The notes: generated by a model not told the origin, from the sequence alone. Shown: positions 7,663 through 15,719, numbered from the stretch's first letter. The stretch: DNA of 32,000 bases from Pseudomonas aeruginosa (GCF_001457615.1 NZ_LN831024.1:1830001-1862000), one strand, 5' to 3'. Numbers and translations are program-made.

Positions 7663-9537
7663 ATGACCCAACATTCGCAATTCGCCCTGCTGGGCAAGCG
7701 GCGTTTCCTGCCGTTCTTCATCACCCAGCTGCTCGGCGCCTTCAACGACAACATCTTCAAGCAGTCGCTGATCCTCGCCATCCTCTATCACCTCAGCGTC
7801 AGCGGCGACCGCAGCCTGCTGGTCAACCTCTGCGCACTGCTGTTCATCCTGCCGTTCTTCCTGTTCTCGGCACTGGGCGGACAGTTCGGCGAGAAGTACA
7901 ACAAGGACGCGCTGATGCGCGCGCTGAAGCTGGCCGAGGTAGGCATCATGCTGGTCGGCGCTGCCGGCTTCGTCTTCGGCAGCCTGCCGCTGATGTTCGT
8001 CGCGCTGTTCGCCATGGGCACCCACTCGGCGCTATTTGGCCCGGTGAAGTATTCGATCCTGCCCCAGCACCTGCACGAGGACGAACTGGTCGGCGGCAAC
8101 GCGCTGGTGGAGATGGGCACCTTCCTGGCGATCCTGGCCGGCACCATCGGCGCCGGCGTGCTGATGTCCCATGCGCATTACGCGGCGGCGGTGGCCACCG
8201 CGGTGGTGCTGGTGGCCGCCTGCGGCTACCTGGCCAGCCGCGGCATTCCGCGAGCGGCGGCGGCGCTGCCGGGGTTGAAGCTCGACTGGAACATCTTCGC
8301 CCAGTCCTGGAGCATCCTCCGCCTGGGGCTCGGCCAGCGCCCGGCGGTCTCGCGCTCGCTGGTGGGCAACTCCTGGTTCTGGTTCCTCGGCGCGGTCTAC
8401 CTGACGCAGATCCCGACCTTCGCCAAGGAATGGCTGCACGGCGACGAAAGCGTGGTGACCCTGATCCTCACCGTGTTCTCGGTGGGCATCGCGCTGGGCT
8501 CGATGCTGTGCGAGAAGCTTTCCGGTCGCAAGGTGGAGATCGGCCTGGTGCCGTTCGGCTCGATCGGCCTGACCGTCTTCGGCATCCTCCTCTGGTGGCA
8601 CGCCGGCGGCATTCCCCCAGGCGAGGCGCCCTACGACTGGCTGGCGGTGCTGCGCCACCATGAGACCTGGGCGGTGCTGGCCGACATCCTGTTCATCGGC
8701 ATTTTCGGCGGCTTCTACATCGTACCGCTGTACGCCCTGATCCAGGCGCGCACCGACGAAGACAAGCGGGCCCGGGTGATCGCCGCCAACAACATCCTCA
8801 ACGCTCTGTTCATGGTCGCCGCGGCGCTGGTCTCGATCCTCTTCCTCAGCGTCGCCAAGCTGTCGATCCCACAACTGTTCCTCGCCCTGTCGCTGATGAA
8901 CGTCGCGGTGAACGTGTACATCTTCAAGATCGTCCCGGAGTTCACCATGCGCTTCCTGGTCTGGCTGCTCAGCCACACCATGTACCGGGTCCGGCATGTG
9001 AACCTGGAGGCGATCCCGGACGAGGGAGCGGCGGTGCTGGTGTGCAACCACGTCTCGTACGTGGACGCGCTGCTGATCGCCGGCTCGATCCGGCGGCCGG
9101 TGCGCTTCGTCATGTACTACAGGATCTTCTCGCTGCCGGTGCTCAACTTCGTCTTCCGCACCGCCGGCGCGGTGCCCATAGCGGCGCGCCACGAGGACGA
9201 AGGGATCTACGAACGAGCCTTCCAGCGCATCGCCGACTACCTGAGGGACGGGGAGCTGGTGTGCATCTTCCCTGAGGGCAAGCTGACCGCCGACGGCGAG
9301 ATGAATGAGTTCCGCGCCGGGATCGAGCGGATCATCGAGGAAACCCCGGTTCCGGTGGTCCCCATGGCGCTGCAGGGCCTGTGGGGCAGCTTCTTCAGCC
9401 GCGACCCGAACAAGGGCTTCTTCCGCCGCCTGTGGTCGCGGGTAAGCCTGGTGGCCGGCGAATCGGTGGCGCCGGGGGCGGTGGAGCGCCTCGACCTGCA
9501 GGCGCGGGTGACGAGCTTGCGCGGCGAAGCTCGTTGA
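7663..9537 (+). CDS. Fusion protein: MFS lysophospholipid transporter (LplT-like) N-terminal domain plus PlsC-type acyltransferase C-terminal domain
   Basis: 624-aa ORF. The N-terminal ~400 aa are multi-TM MFS-like (MTQHSQFALLGKRRFLPFFITQLLGAFNDNIFK...). The C-terminus carries the acyltransferase HX4D motif (CNHVSYVDA) and the FPEGKLT block. Confidence 0.88.
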   Translation: MTQHSQFALLGKRRFLPFFITQLLGAFNDNIFKQSLILAILYHLSVSGDRSLLVNLCALLFILPFFLFSALGGQFGEKYNKDALMRALKLAEVGIMLVGAAGFVFGSLPLMFVALFAMGTHSALFGPVKYSILPQHLHEDELVGGNALVEMGTFLAILAGTIGAGVLMSHAHYAAAVATAVVLVAACGYLASRGIPRAAAALPGLKLDWNIFAQSWSILRLGLGQRPAVSRSLVGNSWFWFLGAVYLTQIPTFAKEWLHGDESVVTLILTVFSVGIALGSMLCEKLSGRKVEIGLVPFGSIGLTVFGILLWWHAGGIPPGEAPYDWLAVLRHHETWAVLADILFIGIFGGFYIVPLYALIQARTDEDKRARVIAANNILNALFMVAAALVSILFLSVAKLSIPQLFLALSLMNVAVNVYIFKIVPEFTMRFLVWLLSHTMYRVRHVNLEAIPDEGAAVLVCNHVSYVDALLIAGSIRRPVRFVMYYRIFSLPVLNFVFRTAGAVPIAARHEDEGIYERAFQRIADYLRDGELVCIFPEGKLTADGEMNEFRAGIERIIEETPVPVVPMALQGLWGSFFSRDPNKGFFRRLWSRVSLVAGESVAPGAVERLDLQARVTSLRGEAR

Positions 9538-9553
9538 TCGATCCGCAGAAACG

Positions 9554-9584
9554 AAAAAGCCCCGGCGATGCCGGGGCTTTTTTT
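9554..9584. terminator. Bidirectional rho-independent terminator between the convergent LplT-PlsC gene and capB
   Basis: AAAAAGCCCCGGC-GAT-GCCGGGGCTTTTTTT: a 9-bp GC stem and 3-nt loop, with an A-run on one side and a T-run on the other. Confidence 0.85.
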
Positions 9585-9597
9585 GGCGAACTACAAG

Positions 9598-9807
9598 TTA
9601 GACAACTTGTACTTCGTCGGCTTGCAGGCCTTTCTGGCCGTTGACGACCACGAAGGAAACCTTCTGGCCTTCCTGCAGGCTCTTGAAGCCGGTGCCCTGG
9701 ATGGAACGGAAGTGAACGAACAGGTCGTTACCGCTTTCCGGGGTGATGAAGCCGAAGCCTTTGGCGTCGTTGAACCATTTTACGGTGCCGTTCTGACGAT
9801 TCGACAT
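9598..9807 (-). CDS. capB: Cold-shock domain protein (cold acclimation protein B, CspA family)
   Basis: Inside ORF 9598..9930. ATG 9807 gives the 69-aa [37 protein letters not shown]... with RNP1 (KGFGFI) and RNP2 (VFVHF-like) motifs. AGGAG lies upstream. The in-frame N-terminal extension in the track is implausible. Confidence 0.95.
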   Translation of the reverse strand: MSNRQNGTVKWFNDAKGFGFITPESGNDLFVHFRSIQGTGFKSLQEGQKVSFVVVNGQKGLQADEVQVV

Positions 9808-10021
9808 GGTGTAACTCCTGAAACAAAGTTGATTGCGGCGACGGAAATATCCGAGCCGGTAGGTACTGAGTTGCAAAGAGTACGAGGAGCCGAGGCGATG
9901 AGCGGACCGAGATCTACCACACCAGGTCACGATTCACTGTGACCCAAGCAAGCACAGTGGTCGCAGAGTACGCGATAAAACTGCGGAAAGCGATACCCCT
10001 CGGAGCATATTCGATGGATGT

Positions 10022-10336
10022 CTAATGGCTCAGCTTGAGGCCGACCAGTCCGCAGACGATCAGCGCGACGCTGGCCAGGCGCAGCAATGCCATGGATTCG
10101 CCGAACAGGACGATCCCGGCGATTACCGTGCCGACCGCGCCGACCCCGGTCCAGACGGCATAGGCGGTGCCCAGCGGCAGGTGCTTCATGGCCAGGCCGA
10201 GCAGGCCCAGGCTGACCAGCATGGCGAGCGCCGTGAGGACCGTGGGAAGCGGCTTGCTGAAGCCTTCGGTGTATTTCAGACCAACGGCCCAGCCCACTTC
10301 GAACAGGCCGGCGAAAAACAGGATGATCCAGGACAT
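10022..10336 (-). CDS. sugE: SMR family guanidinium exporter (SugE/Gdx)
   Basis: Inside ORF 10022..10375. ATG 10336 gives the 104-aa [26 protein letters not shown]... with four TM segments and the conserved membrane Glu (FEVGWA). GGAG lies 6 nt upstream. Confidence 0.93.
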   Translation of the reverse strand: MSWIILFFAGLFEVGWAVGLKYTEGFSKPLPTVLTALAMLVSLGLLGLAMKHLPLGTAYAVWTGVGAVGTVIAGIVLFGESMALLRLASVALIVCGLVGLKLSH

Positions 10337-10361
10337 GGCGATCTCCAGGGCAACGGGTGGC

Positions 10362-10415
10362 GGGGCCGTCCCCATTCGATCACCGGCCGGAGGCGGGTGG
10401 TGAGGTCGTCCTCAC
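10362..10415 (-). promoter_or_regulatory. Guanidine-II (mini-ykkC) riboswitch in the sugE leader
   Basis: On the minus strand there are two GC hairpins with ACGR tetraloops: GUGAGG-ACGA-CCUCAC (+ coords 10400..10415) and GGGG-ACGG-CCCC (10362..10373). A 26-nt linker containing CCUCC separates them. They lie just upstream of the sugE SD (GGAG) and ATG. Confidence 0.85.
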
Positions 10416-10475
10416 TGCGTGCGGTATTTTGCATGGTTCATCGGTCGGGACAAGGCTTCCCGACCGGGACCCAGT

Positions 10476-11411
10476 TCAACGCGGCGTATCTTCCATGCGC
10501 CGGAACAGGGCGGCCAGCAGCGAACCGGAGAGATTGTGCCAGACGCTGAACAGCGCGCTGGGCACCGCTGCCAGGGGCGAGAAATGGGCGTTGGCCAGCG
10601 CCGCGCCGAGCCCCGAGTTCTGCATGCCGACTTCGATGGCCAGGGCCTTGCGCTGTGCCAGCGGCATGCCGGTCAGCTTGCCGGTGAGATAGCCGAGCGA
10701 CAGGCCGAAGCCGTTGTGCAGCATCACCACGGCCATGATCAGCAGGCCGGACTCGGCGATCCGCGCCTGGCTGGCGGCCACCACCGCGGCGATGATCACC
10801 ACGATGCTGAATACCGAGACCAGCGGCAGCACCTCCGCCACCTGTCGGGTGCGCTCGCCGAGCAGGCGCTGTGCCAGCAGGCCGAGGGCGATGGGCACCA
10901 GCACCACCTGGAGGATCGACAGGAACATCGCCGCGAACGACACCGGCAGCCAGGCCGAGGCCAGCAGCCAGACCAGCGCCGGCGTGACCAGCGGGGCGAG
11001 CAGGGTGGTCACCGAGGTGATCGCCACCGACAGGGCGACATCGCCACGGGACAGCCAGGTCATCACGTTGGAAGCGGTGCCGCCGGGGCAGCAGCCGACC
11101 AGGATCACGCCCACCGCGATCTCCGCCGGCAACTGCAACAGGCGACAGAGCAACCAGGCCAGGCCGGGCATGATGACGAACTGGGCCAGCACGCCGATCA
11201 GCACCCGTATGGGGTGCCGGGCGACCTCGCGGAAGTCTTCGCCCTTGAGCGTCAGGCCCATGCCGAACATCACCAGGCCGAGCAGCGGCGCGATGGCGAC
11301 GGTGAGCGGGAGGAACCAGGCCGGCCGGAAGAAGGCGAGGATGGCGAACAGCAGGACCCAGAACGGGAAGCTGGCGCTGACGAAACGGCTCAGGGCGGTC
11401 AGGGCACGCAT
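10476..11411 (-). CDS. Bile acid:sodium symporter (BASS/SBF) family transporter
   Basis: 311-aa ORF that is multi-TM throughout. Typical BASS blocks are present: [18 protein letters not shown] and [14 protein letters not shown]. Confidence 0.9.
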   Translation of the reverse strand: MRALTALSRFVSASFPFWVLLFAILAFFRPAWFLPLTVAIAPLLGLVMFGMGLTLKGEDFREVARHPIRVLIGVLAQFVIMPGLAWLLCRLLQLPAEIAVGVILVGCCPGGTASNVMTWLSRGDVALSVAITSVTTLLAPLVTPALVWLLASAWLPVSFAAMFLSILQVVLVPIALGLLAQRLLGERTRQVAEVLPLVSVFSIVVIIAAVVAASQARIAESGLLIMAVVMLHNGFGLSLGYLTGKLTGMPLAQRKALAIEVGMQNSGLGAALANAHFSPLAAVPSALFSVWHNLSGSLLAALFRRMEDTPR

Positions 11412-11497
11412 GGGCTTTCCTTGTTATTGGACGGCCGCCAGTCTGCCATGCCGGGCGCGACTCTCCCAGCGGCGGGCGCCGCCGGGAGAGCGGGGCG

Positions 11498-12418
11498 TCA
11501 GACGCCCTGGGGGATTTCTTCGCCGCCGAGGGCCTCGAAGAGCGCCGGAAGGAATTCGGCGAAGGTCAGCATCATCAGGGTGAAGCTGGCATCGAGCTGG
11601 CCGAGGGCGTCTTCGCCGCCGTCCTTTTCCGCCTGCTCCTGCAGCAGGTCTTCGAAGCGCAGGCGCTTGACCGCCAGCTTGTCGTCGAGGACGAAGGACA
11701 GCTTGTCCGACCAGGCCAGGGACAACTGGGTGACCAGCTTGCCGGCGGTGAGATGCAGCTGGATTTCCTCGCTGGTCAGGTCCTGGCGCTTGCAACGGAC
11801 CACGCCGCCGTCCTCGTGGGTGTCGCGCAGCTCGCATTCGTCGAGCACGTGGAAGTCGCCGGCGGCTTCCTGGGTCTTGACCCAGTCGGTGAGGGTCGCG
11901 GTCGGCGCGACCTTCACGCTCAGCGGGCGTACCGGCAGGGAGCCGAGCGCTTCGCGCAGCGTCGAGAGCAGGTCTTCGGCCTTCTTCGCGCTGGCCGAGT
12001 CGACCAGGATCAGGCCGAGGCTCGGCGCGATCGCGGCGAAGGTGCTGGAGCGGCGGATGAAAGCGCGCGGCAGCAGGGTCTGGACGATCTCGTCCTTCAA
12101 CTGGTCGCGTTCCTTTTTGTAGACCTTGCGCATCTGCTGGGCTTCGATCTCGTCGACCTTTTCCTTCAGTGCGTCACGCACGACGCTGCCCGGCAGGATG
12201 CGCTCTTCCTTGCGTGCCGAGATCAGGAAGAAGTCCTGGCTGACGTGTACCAGCGGTGCGTCCGGGCCTTTGCCGAACGGCGCGGTGAAGCCGTAGGTGG
12301 TCAGCTCCTGGCTGGCGCAGGGGCGGGCGGGTTTTTCGCCGAGGGCTTTCTCGAGGGAATCGGCATCCAGTTGCAGATCCTGGGTGAGGCGGTAGACGAG
12401 CAGATTGCGGAACCACAT
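11498..12418 (-). CDS. rdgC: Recombination-associated protein RdgC
   Basis: Inside ORF 11498..12439. ATG 12418 gives [26 protein letters not shown]..., 306 aa, the canonical RdgC N-terminus and length. Confidence 0.93.
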   Translation of the reverse strand: MWFRNLLVYRLTQDLQLDADSLEKALGEKPARPCASQELTTYGFTAPFGKGPDAPLVHVSQDFFLISARKEERILPGSVVRDALKEKVDEIEAQQMRKVYKKERDQLKDEIVQTLLPRAFIRRSSTFAAIAPSLGLILVDSASAKKAEDLLSTLREALGSLPVRPLSVKVAPTATLTDWVKTQEAAGDFHVLDECELRDTHEDGGVVRCKRQDLTSEEIQLHLTAGKLVTQLSLAWSDKLSFVLDDKLAVKRLRFEDLLQEQAEKDGGEDALGQLDASFTLMMLTFAEFLPALFEALGGEEIPQGV

Positions 12419-12508
12419 GGGGTCGTTCTCTCCGGGCACAAAGGACCCATTATTCCGCCGCTGGCGGCTCAGGCCAACCCCGGTCCGTCGCTAACTCCTT
12501 GGAACGGC

Positions 12509-12567
12509 AGAAAATTTTTTTCATCGAGGGGCTTGCCAGGGGGCGAATCGCTCCGTAGAATGCGCCC
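12509..12567 (+). promoter_or_regulatory. Stable-RNA type sigma70 promoter of the tRNA-Val/tRNA-Asp operon
   Basis: A/T-rich UP-like element AGAAAATTTTTTTCA, -35 TTGCCA (12533..12538), 17-nt spacer, -10 TAGAAT (12556..12561), and a GC-rich discriminator GCGCCCC, about 20 nt upstream of the tRNA 5' end. Confidence 0.7.
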
Positions 12568-12582
12568 CACTTCGAGAGTGAA

Positions 12583-12658
12583 GGGTGATTAGCTCAGCTG
12601 GGAGAGCATCTGCCTTACAAGCAGAGGGTCGGCGGTTCGATCCCGTCATCACCCACCA
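12583..12658 (+). tRNA. tRNA-Val (anticodon TAC)
   Basis: GGGTGATTAGCTCAGCTGGGAGAGCATCTGCCTTACAAGCAGAGGGTCGGCGGTTCGATCCCGTCATCACCCACCA. It folds as a cloverleaf with acceptor GGGTGAT/ATCACCC, anticodon loop CTTACAA, a TPsiC loop GGTTCGATCC, and an encoded CCA. Confidence 0.97.
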
Positions 12659-12674
12659 ATCTCGCAAGTTACGC

Positions 12675-12751
12675 GCAGCGGTAGTTCAGTCGGTTAGAAT
12701 ACCGGCCTGTCACGCCGGGGGTCGCGGGTTCGAGTCCCGTCCGCTGCGCCA
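12675..12751 (+). tRNA. tRNA-Asp (anticodon GTC)
   Basis: GCAGCGGTAGTTCAGTCGGTTAGAATACCGGCCTGTCACGCCGGGGGTCGCGGGTTCGAGTCCCGTCCGCTGCGCCA. Acceptor GCAGCGG/CCGCTGC, anticodon loop CTGTCAC, and an encoded CCA. It is near-identical in layout to enterobacterial tRNA-Asp. Confidence 0.97.
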
Positions 12752-13007
12752 TTTCCTTCCTTCGCTGTATCTCTTGCGCTTCCTTCCCGTTTCATAATTC
12801 GACGTTTTTCGACGCTTCCTTTCCGCTGTTCTTCTGTCCTCGTTCCACGCGTTCGTTCTGCTATCTCCTTCATTTTTCGGAAAGTTCGGCCTTGAACTTA
12901 TCCGCGCGCACCTGTTCCTATTGCCCATAGCCACTGGTCGCGACAGCCTGCTAAGCTCGCGGCTTCATCGAATATGCCCGAGCGGCGAACAGATTAAAGG
13001 ACTCAGC

Positions 13008-13769
13008 ATGAAACAACATCGGTTGGCAGCAGCGATCGCACTGGTCGGTCTGGTTCTCTCCGGCTGCGATTCGCAGACCAACGTTGAGTTGAAGACCCCG
13101 GCGCAGAAAGCTTCCTATGGTATCGGCCTGAACATGGGCAAGAGCCTGTCCCAGGAAGGCATGGACGACCTGGATTCGAAAGCCGTCGCCAAGGGCATCG
13201 AAGACGCCCTCGGCAAGAAGAAGCAGCAGCTCACCGATGAAGAGCTGACCGAAGCCTTCGCCTTCCTGCAGAAACGTGCCGAGGAGCGGATGGCCGCCAT
13301 CGGCGACGAAAACGCCAAGGCCGGCAAGAAATTCCTCGAGGAAAACGGCAAGCGCGACGGCGTGACCACCACCGCTTCCGGCCTCCAGTACGAAATCGTG
13401 AAGAAGGCCGATGGCCCGCAACCGAAGGCCACCGATGTGGTGACCGTCCACTACGAAGGCCGCCTGACCGATGGCACCGTCTTCGACAGCTCCATCGAGC
13501 GCGGCAGCCCGATCGACCTGCCGGTCAGCGGCGTGATCCCGGGTTGGGTCGAAGCCCTGCAACTGATGCACGTCGGCGAGAAGATCAAGCTGTACATCCC
13601 CAGCGAGCTGGCCTACGGCGCGCAGAGCCCGAGCCCGGCGATCCCGGCCAACTCGGTACTGGTCTTCGACATGGAACTGCTCGGCATCAAGGATCCGTCC
13701 AAGCCGGACGCGGAGCCCGAGGCCGGTGCCGCAGCGCAGCCCGAAGCCAAGGCGGACGCGAAGAAGTAA
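13008..13769 (+). CDS. fklB: FKBP-type peptidyl-prolyl cis-trans isomerase, lipoprotein (Mip/FkpA/FklB-like)
   Basis: Inside ORF 12921..13769. ATG 13008 gives MKQHRLAAAIALVGLVLSGC with an LSGC lipobox, and AAAGGA lies upstream. It has an N-terminal FKBP_N dimerisation helix and a C-terminal FKBP domain (VTVHYEGRLTDGTVFDSS...GVIPGWVEALQLM..G.K..L.IPS.LAYG). Confidence 0.9.
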   Translation: MKQHRLAAAIALVGLVLSGCDSQTNVELKTPAQKASYGIGLNMGKSLSQEGMDDLDSKAVAKGIEDALGKKKQQLTDEELTEAFAFLQKRAEERMAAIGDENAKAGKKFLEENGKRDGVTTTASGLQYEIVKKADGPQPKATDVVTVHYEGRLTDGTVFDSSIERGSPIDLPVSGVIPGWVEALQLMHVGEKIKLYIPSELAYGAQSPSPAIPANSVLVFDMELLGIKDPSKPDAEPEAGAAAQPEAKADAKK

Positions 13770-13789
13770 TTTTTCCGCCGCGATGCATG

Positions 13790-13818
13790 AAACGCCCCGT
13801 CCATGACGGGGCGTTTTC
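13790..13818 (+). terminator. Rho-independent terminator of the FKBP gene
   Basis: AACGCCCCGTC-CAT-GACGGGGCGTT, an 11-bp stem followed by TTCATTT, 21 nt after the stop codon. Confidence 0.8.
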
Positions 13819-13893
13819 ATTTGCGGATTCGGCTGAACCCAGGCGCTGCCGCGAGGGTCTGAAAACAGGTCGAGGGCACGGCCGGTGTTACCC

Positions 13894-13902
13894 TTATGCA
13901 CA
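13894..13902 (+). promoter_or_regulatory. Consensus DnaA box TTATGCACA
   Basis: Exact match to TTATNCACA in an intergenic region. Confidence 0.5.
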
Positions 13903-14071
13903 CATTTGTCGCACGTCGACCCGACCTACGGTATTGACCTCGGGTTGTCCGTTGCGCTAGGTCAAACCCTTGATTTTCAATGCTTTTAGAGCATTGTCTA
14001 AAAAGTGTCCGATCTGTCGGAAAGCCTGTAGCGACGGGCTTCTCGCCGACGGAAGGGGGGGCTGTTCACAA

Positions 14072-14098
14072 GGTTATCCACAGTATGCGTGGATAACC
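14072..14098. promoter_or_regulatory. Inverted pair of DnaA boxes / 10-bp perfect inverted repeat GGTTATCCAC-N7-GTGGATAACC
   Basis: TTATCCACA on + (14074..14082, 9/9) and TTATCCACG on - (14088..14096, 8/9). A weaker CTGTTCACA box lies at 14062..14070. The pair sits 41-67 nt upstream of the DUF1232 gene ATG. Confidence 0.5.
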
Positions 14099-14138
14099 CG
14101 GAGAGCCTCGGCGGCAAGCGCTTGAGCGAGGTGGAAGG

Positions 14139-14570
14139 ATGGATGCACCACGAGGATTCAGTCGTTACCTGGGGATCGCGGAACGTTTCCTGGCCCGTGG
14201 CCGGGTGCCCGCCTTGTTGATTGCGGTAGCACGCAAGCGCTCGCGCCTGAAGCTGGTGAAGAGCGACCTGCGCCTGCTGCAGGAACTGCTGGTGGCCTGG
14301 GTTCGCGGCGAATACCGCGGACTCAGCCGCCAGGCGTTGCTCTCGGTGATCGCGGCGCTGGCCTATTTCCTTTCGCCGGTGGATATCGTTCCCGACTTCA
14401 TCTTCGGTGTCGGCCTGCTCGACGATCTCGCCGTCCTGGCCTGGGTAGTGCGTCGCTGGCAGGCCGAGCTGGATGCCTTCAAGGTCTGGCGTGACGCCCA
14501 GGGCGTCGAGACGCAACAGGCGCTGCGAGAGCTGCCGGCTCCCAGGGCGGAGCGCGTTCAGGGTTCCTGA
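14139..14570 (+). CDS. DUF1232 (YkvA-like) family membrane protein
   Basis: 143-aa ORF with GAGGTGGAAGG upstream of the ATG. The core ALAYFLSPVDIVPDFIFGVGLLDDLAVLAWV is the DUF1232 signature (P.D.IPD..P..G..DD). Confidence 0.8.
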   Translation: MDAPRGFSRYLGIAERFLARGRVPALLIAVARKRSRLKLVKSDLRLLQELLVAWVRGEYRGLSRQALLSVIAALAYFLSPVDIVPDFIFGVGLLDDLAVLAWVVRRWQAELDAFKVWRDAQGVETQQALRELPAPRAERVQGS

Positions 14571-15304
14571 GGCGCTTGCAGGCTGTTTTCCAGTAGGCGC
14601 CCGATGCTGCCGTCCCTGACCATCTCATCGAGCACCCGGTCCATACTTTCGACGGGGACCGGCAGTTGTCCGCCATAGATGCAGTGCATCCGATAGCTCT
14701 GCAGTACCAGCGGACTGACGCTCAGGCCCAGCTCGGGATGCTGGCGCGTCAGGTAGAGCAGCGGGCGGCGCATGTCCACCGCGGCGTCCAGGCGCGAACG
14801 CTTGAGCATCTGCACGCGACTGGCCAGGTCGCGGGTATCTTCGCGGCGAATTTCCCCGGCAGCGAAGGCCTGCATGAGATCGTCCGCGTAGACATAGCCT
14901 AGACTTGTACCCAGGGTCTTGCCGCGCAGCTCGGCGAAGTCGCGGATCGCCGGACGGTCGTCGCGCTGCAGCAGGACGTCCTGCTCTTCGAAGAGGGCGG
15001 GAGACCAATGGTAGCGTTCGGGTTTGCTATCCCATCCGGGGTTGGAGTTGCAGATCACGTGAATATGTCCGCTGGCCATGAAGCCGTCGATCCTTCGGTT
15101 CGGCGTTTCCACGAAACGCAGCGACAATCCCAGCCGCTGCGCGACCCGCTCCCCCAACTGGCGGGTGAAGCCGCCTTGCAGCTGGTGATCGACGATGTCC
15201 ACGTAGGGCATGCCGTCGGCGGGGCTGAAGCCCCAGCGCAGCTCGCCGGCGAAGGCCTGTCCGACTCCCAGCAGGATGCACAAACCAAGACTTCTCCGGC
15301 GCAC
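14558..15304 (-). CDS. Orphan periplasmic solute-binding protein, family 3 (amino-acid ABC type fold), with no adjacent transporter genes
   Basis: Inside ORF 14558..15427. GTG 15304 (GGAGGAG 7 nt upstream) gives VRRRSLGLCILLGVGQAFA/GE, a signal peptide. The body shows the SBP_bac_3 pattern (LRWGFS....PY......GF...L...A..LGL.L.FVE....R). The start is less certain than the frame. Confidence 0.75.
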   Translation of the reverse strand: MRRRSLGLCILLGVGQAFAGELRWGFSPADGMPYVDIVDHQLQGGFTRQLGERVAQRLGLSLRFVETPNRRIDGFMASGHIHVICNSNPGWDSKPERYHWSPALFEEQDVLLQRDDRPAIRDFAELRGKTLGTSLGYVYADDLMQAFAAGEIRREDTRDLASRVQMLKRSRLDAAVDMRRPLLYLTRQHPELGLSVSPLVLQSYRMHCIYGGQLPVPVESMDRVLDEMVRDGSIGRLLENSLQAPQEP

Positions 15305-15407
15305 CCGTGGGCTCCTCCACCAGGCAGACTGTGTGACCAGGGCAGCAGTATAGCCAGTCCGCAGCGGCGCGGTGCCTGATAAGATGGCGGCTTGCAAGGA
15401 GACCGAC

Positions 15408-15719
15408 ATGAATGTCCAAGTGATCACGCGAGACGGCGAGGCGGAATACGCGGTGTTGCCCTGGGCCGAATACCAGGCGTTGCTGGCCGCCGCCGGTCGC
15501 CCGGCCGCCAGTGTCGCGGTGGAGACGACCGCGCCGGCGGTGCCATCCGCGAGCCTGCTGGAGCGCCGCGAGGCGCGCGGCCTGAGCCTGGAACAGGTGG
15601 CCCGGGAGGTCGGTATCAGTCCTTCCTACATGGCGATGATCGAACGCGGCGAACGCGAGGCCAGCGAGGCCATCCTGTTCGCCCTGGAGCGTGTGCTGGG
15701 CAAAGCGACGGGGGCCTGA
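15408..15719 (+). CDS. XRE-family HTH protein with a Phd/YefM-antitoxin-like N-terminal segment
   Basis: Inside ORF 15372..15719. ATG 15408 is preceded by AAGGAG 7 nt upstream. The N-terminus MNVQVITRDGEAEYAVLPWAEYQALL resembles the Phd/YefM beta-strand motif. An Ala/Pro-rich linker follows, then the HTH_3 core GLSLEQVAREVGISPSYMAMIERGEREAS. Confidence 0.8.
   Translation: MNVQVITRDGEAEYAVLPWAEYQALLAAAGRPAASVAVETTAPAVPSASLLERREARGLSLEQVAREVGISPSYMAMIERGEREASEAILFALERVLGKATGA

Noticed and set aside
5641-8025. 794-aa ORF on the - strand
   Set aside because: It spans the TonB-dependent receptor gene, the intergenic terminator and the start of the LplT-PlsC gene on the opposite strand. It has no recognisable domains and a shadow-frame composition.
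9808-10021. Long region upstream of capB as a separate regulatory RNA
   Set aside because: CspA-family genes typically have long structured 5' leaders, and this 214-bp spacer with lower GC fits that. I could not place a convincing promoter or cold-box by eye, so no discrete feature is called.
12710-12934. 74-aa Lys/Arg-rich ORF on the - strand across the GA-rich tract
   Set aside because: It overlaps the 3' part of tRNA-Asp in antisense, and its composition simply mirrors the polypurine strand. There is no SD or coding signal.
12752-13007. Possible genomic-island integration site at the tRNA-Asp 3' end
   Set aside because: There is no integrase and no direct repeat of the tRNA 3' end. The next gene is an ordinary housekeeping FKBP isomerase with host-like composition.
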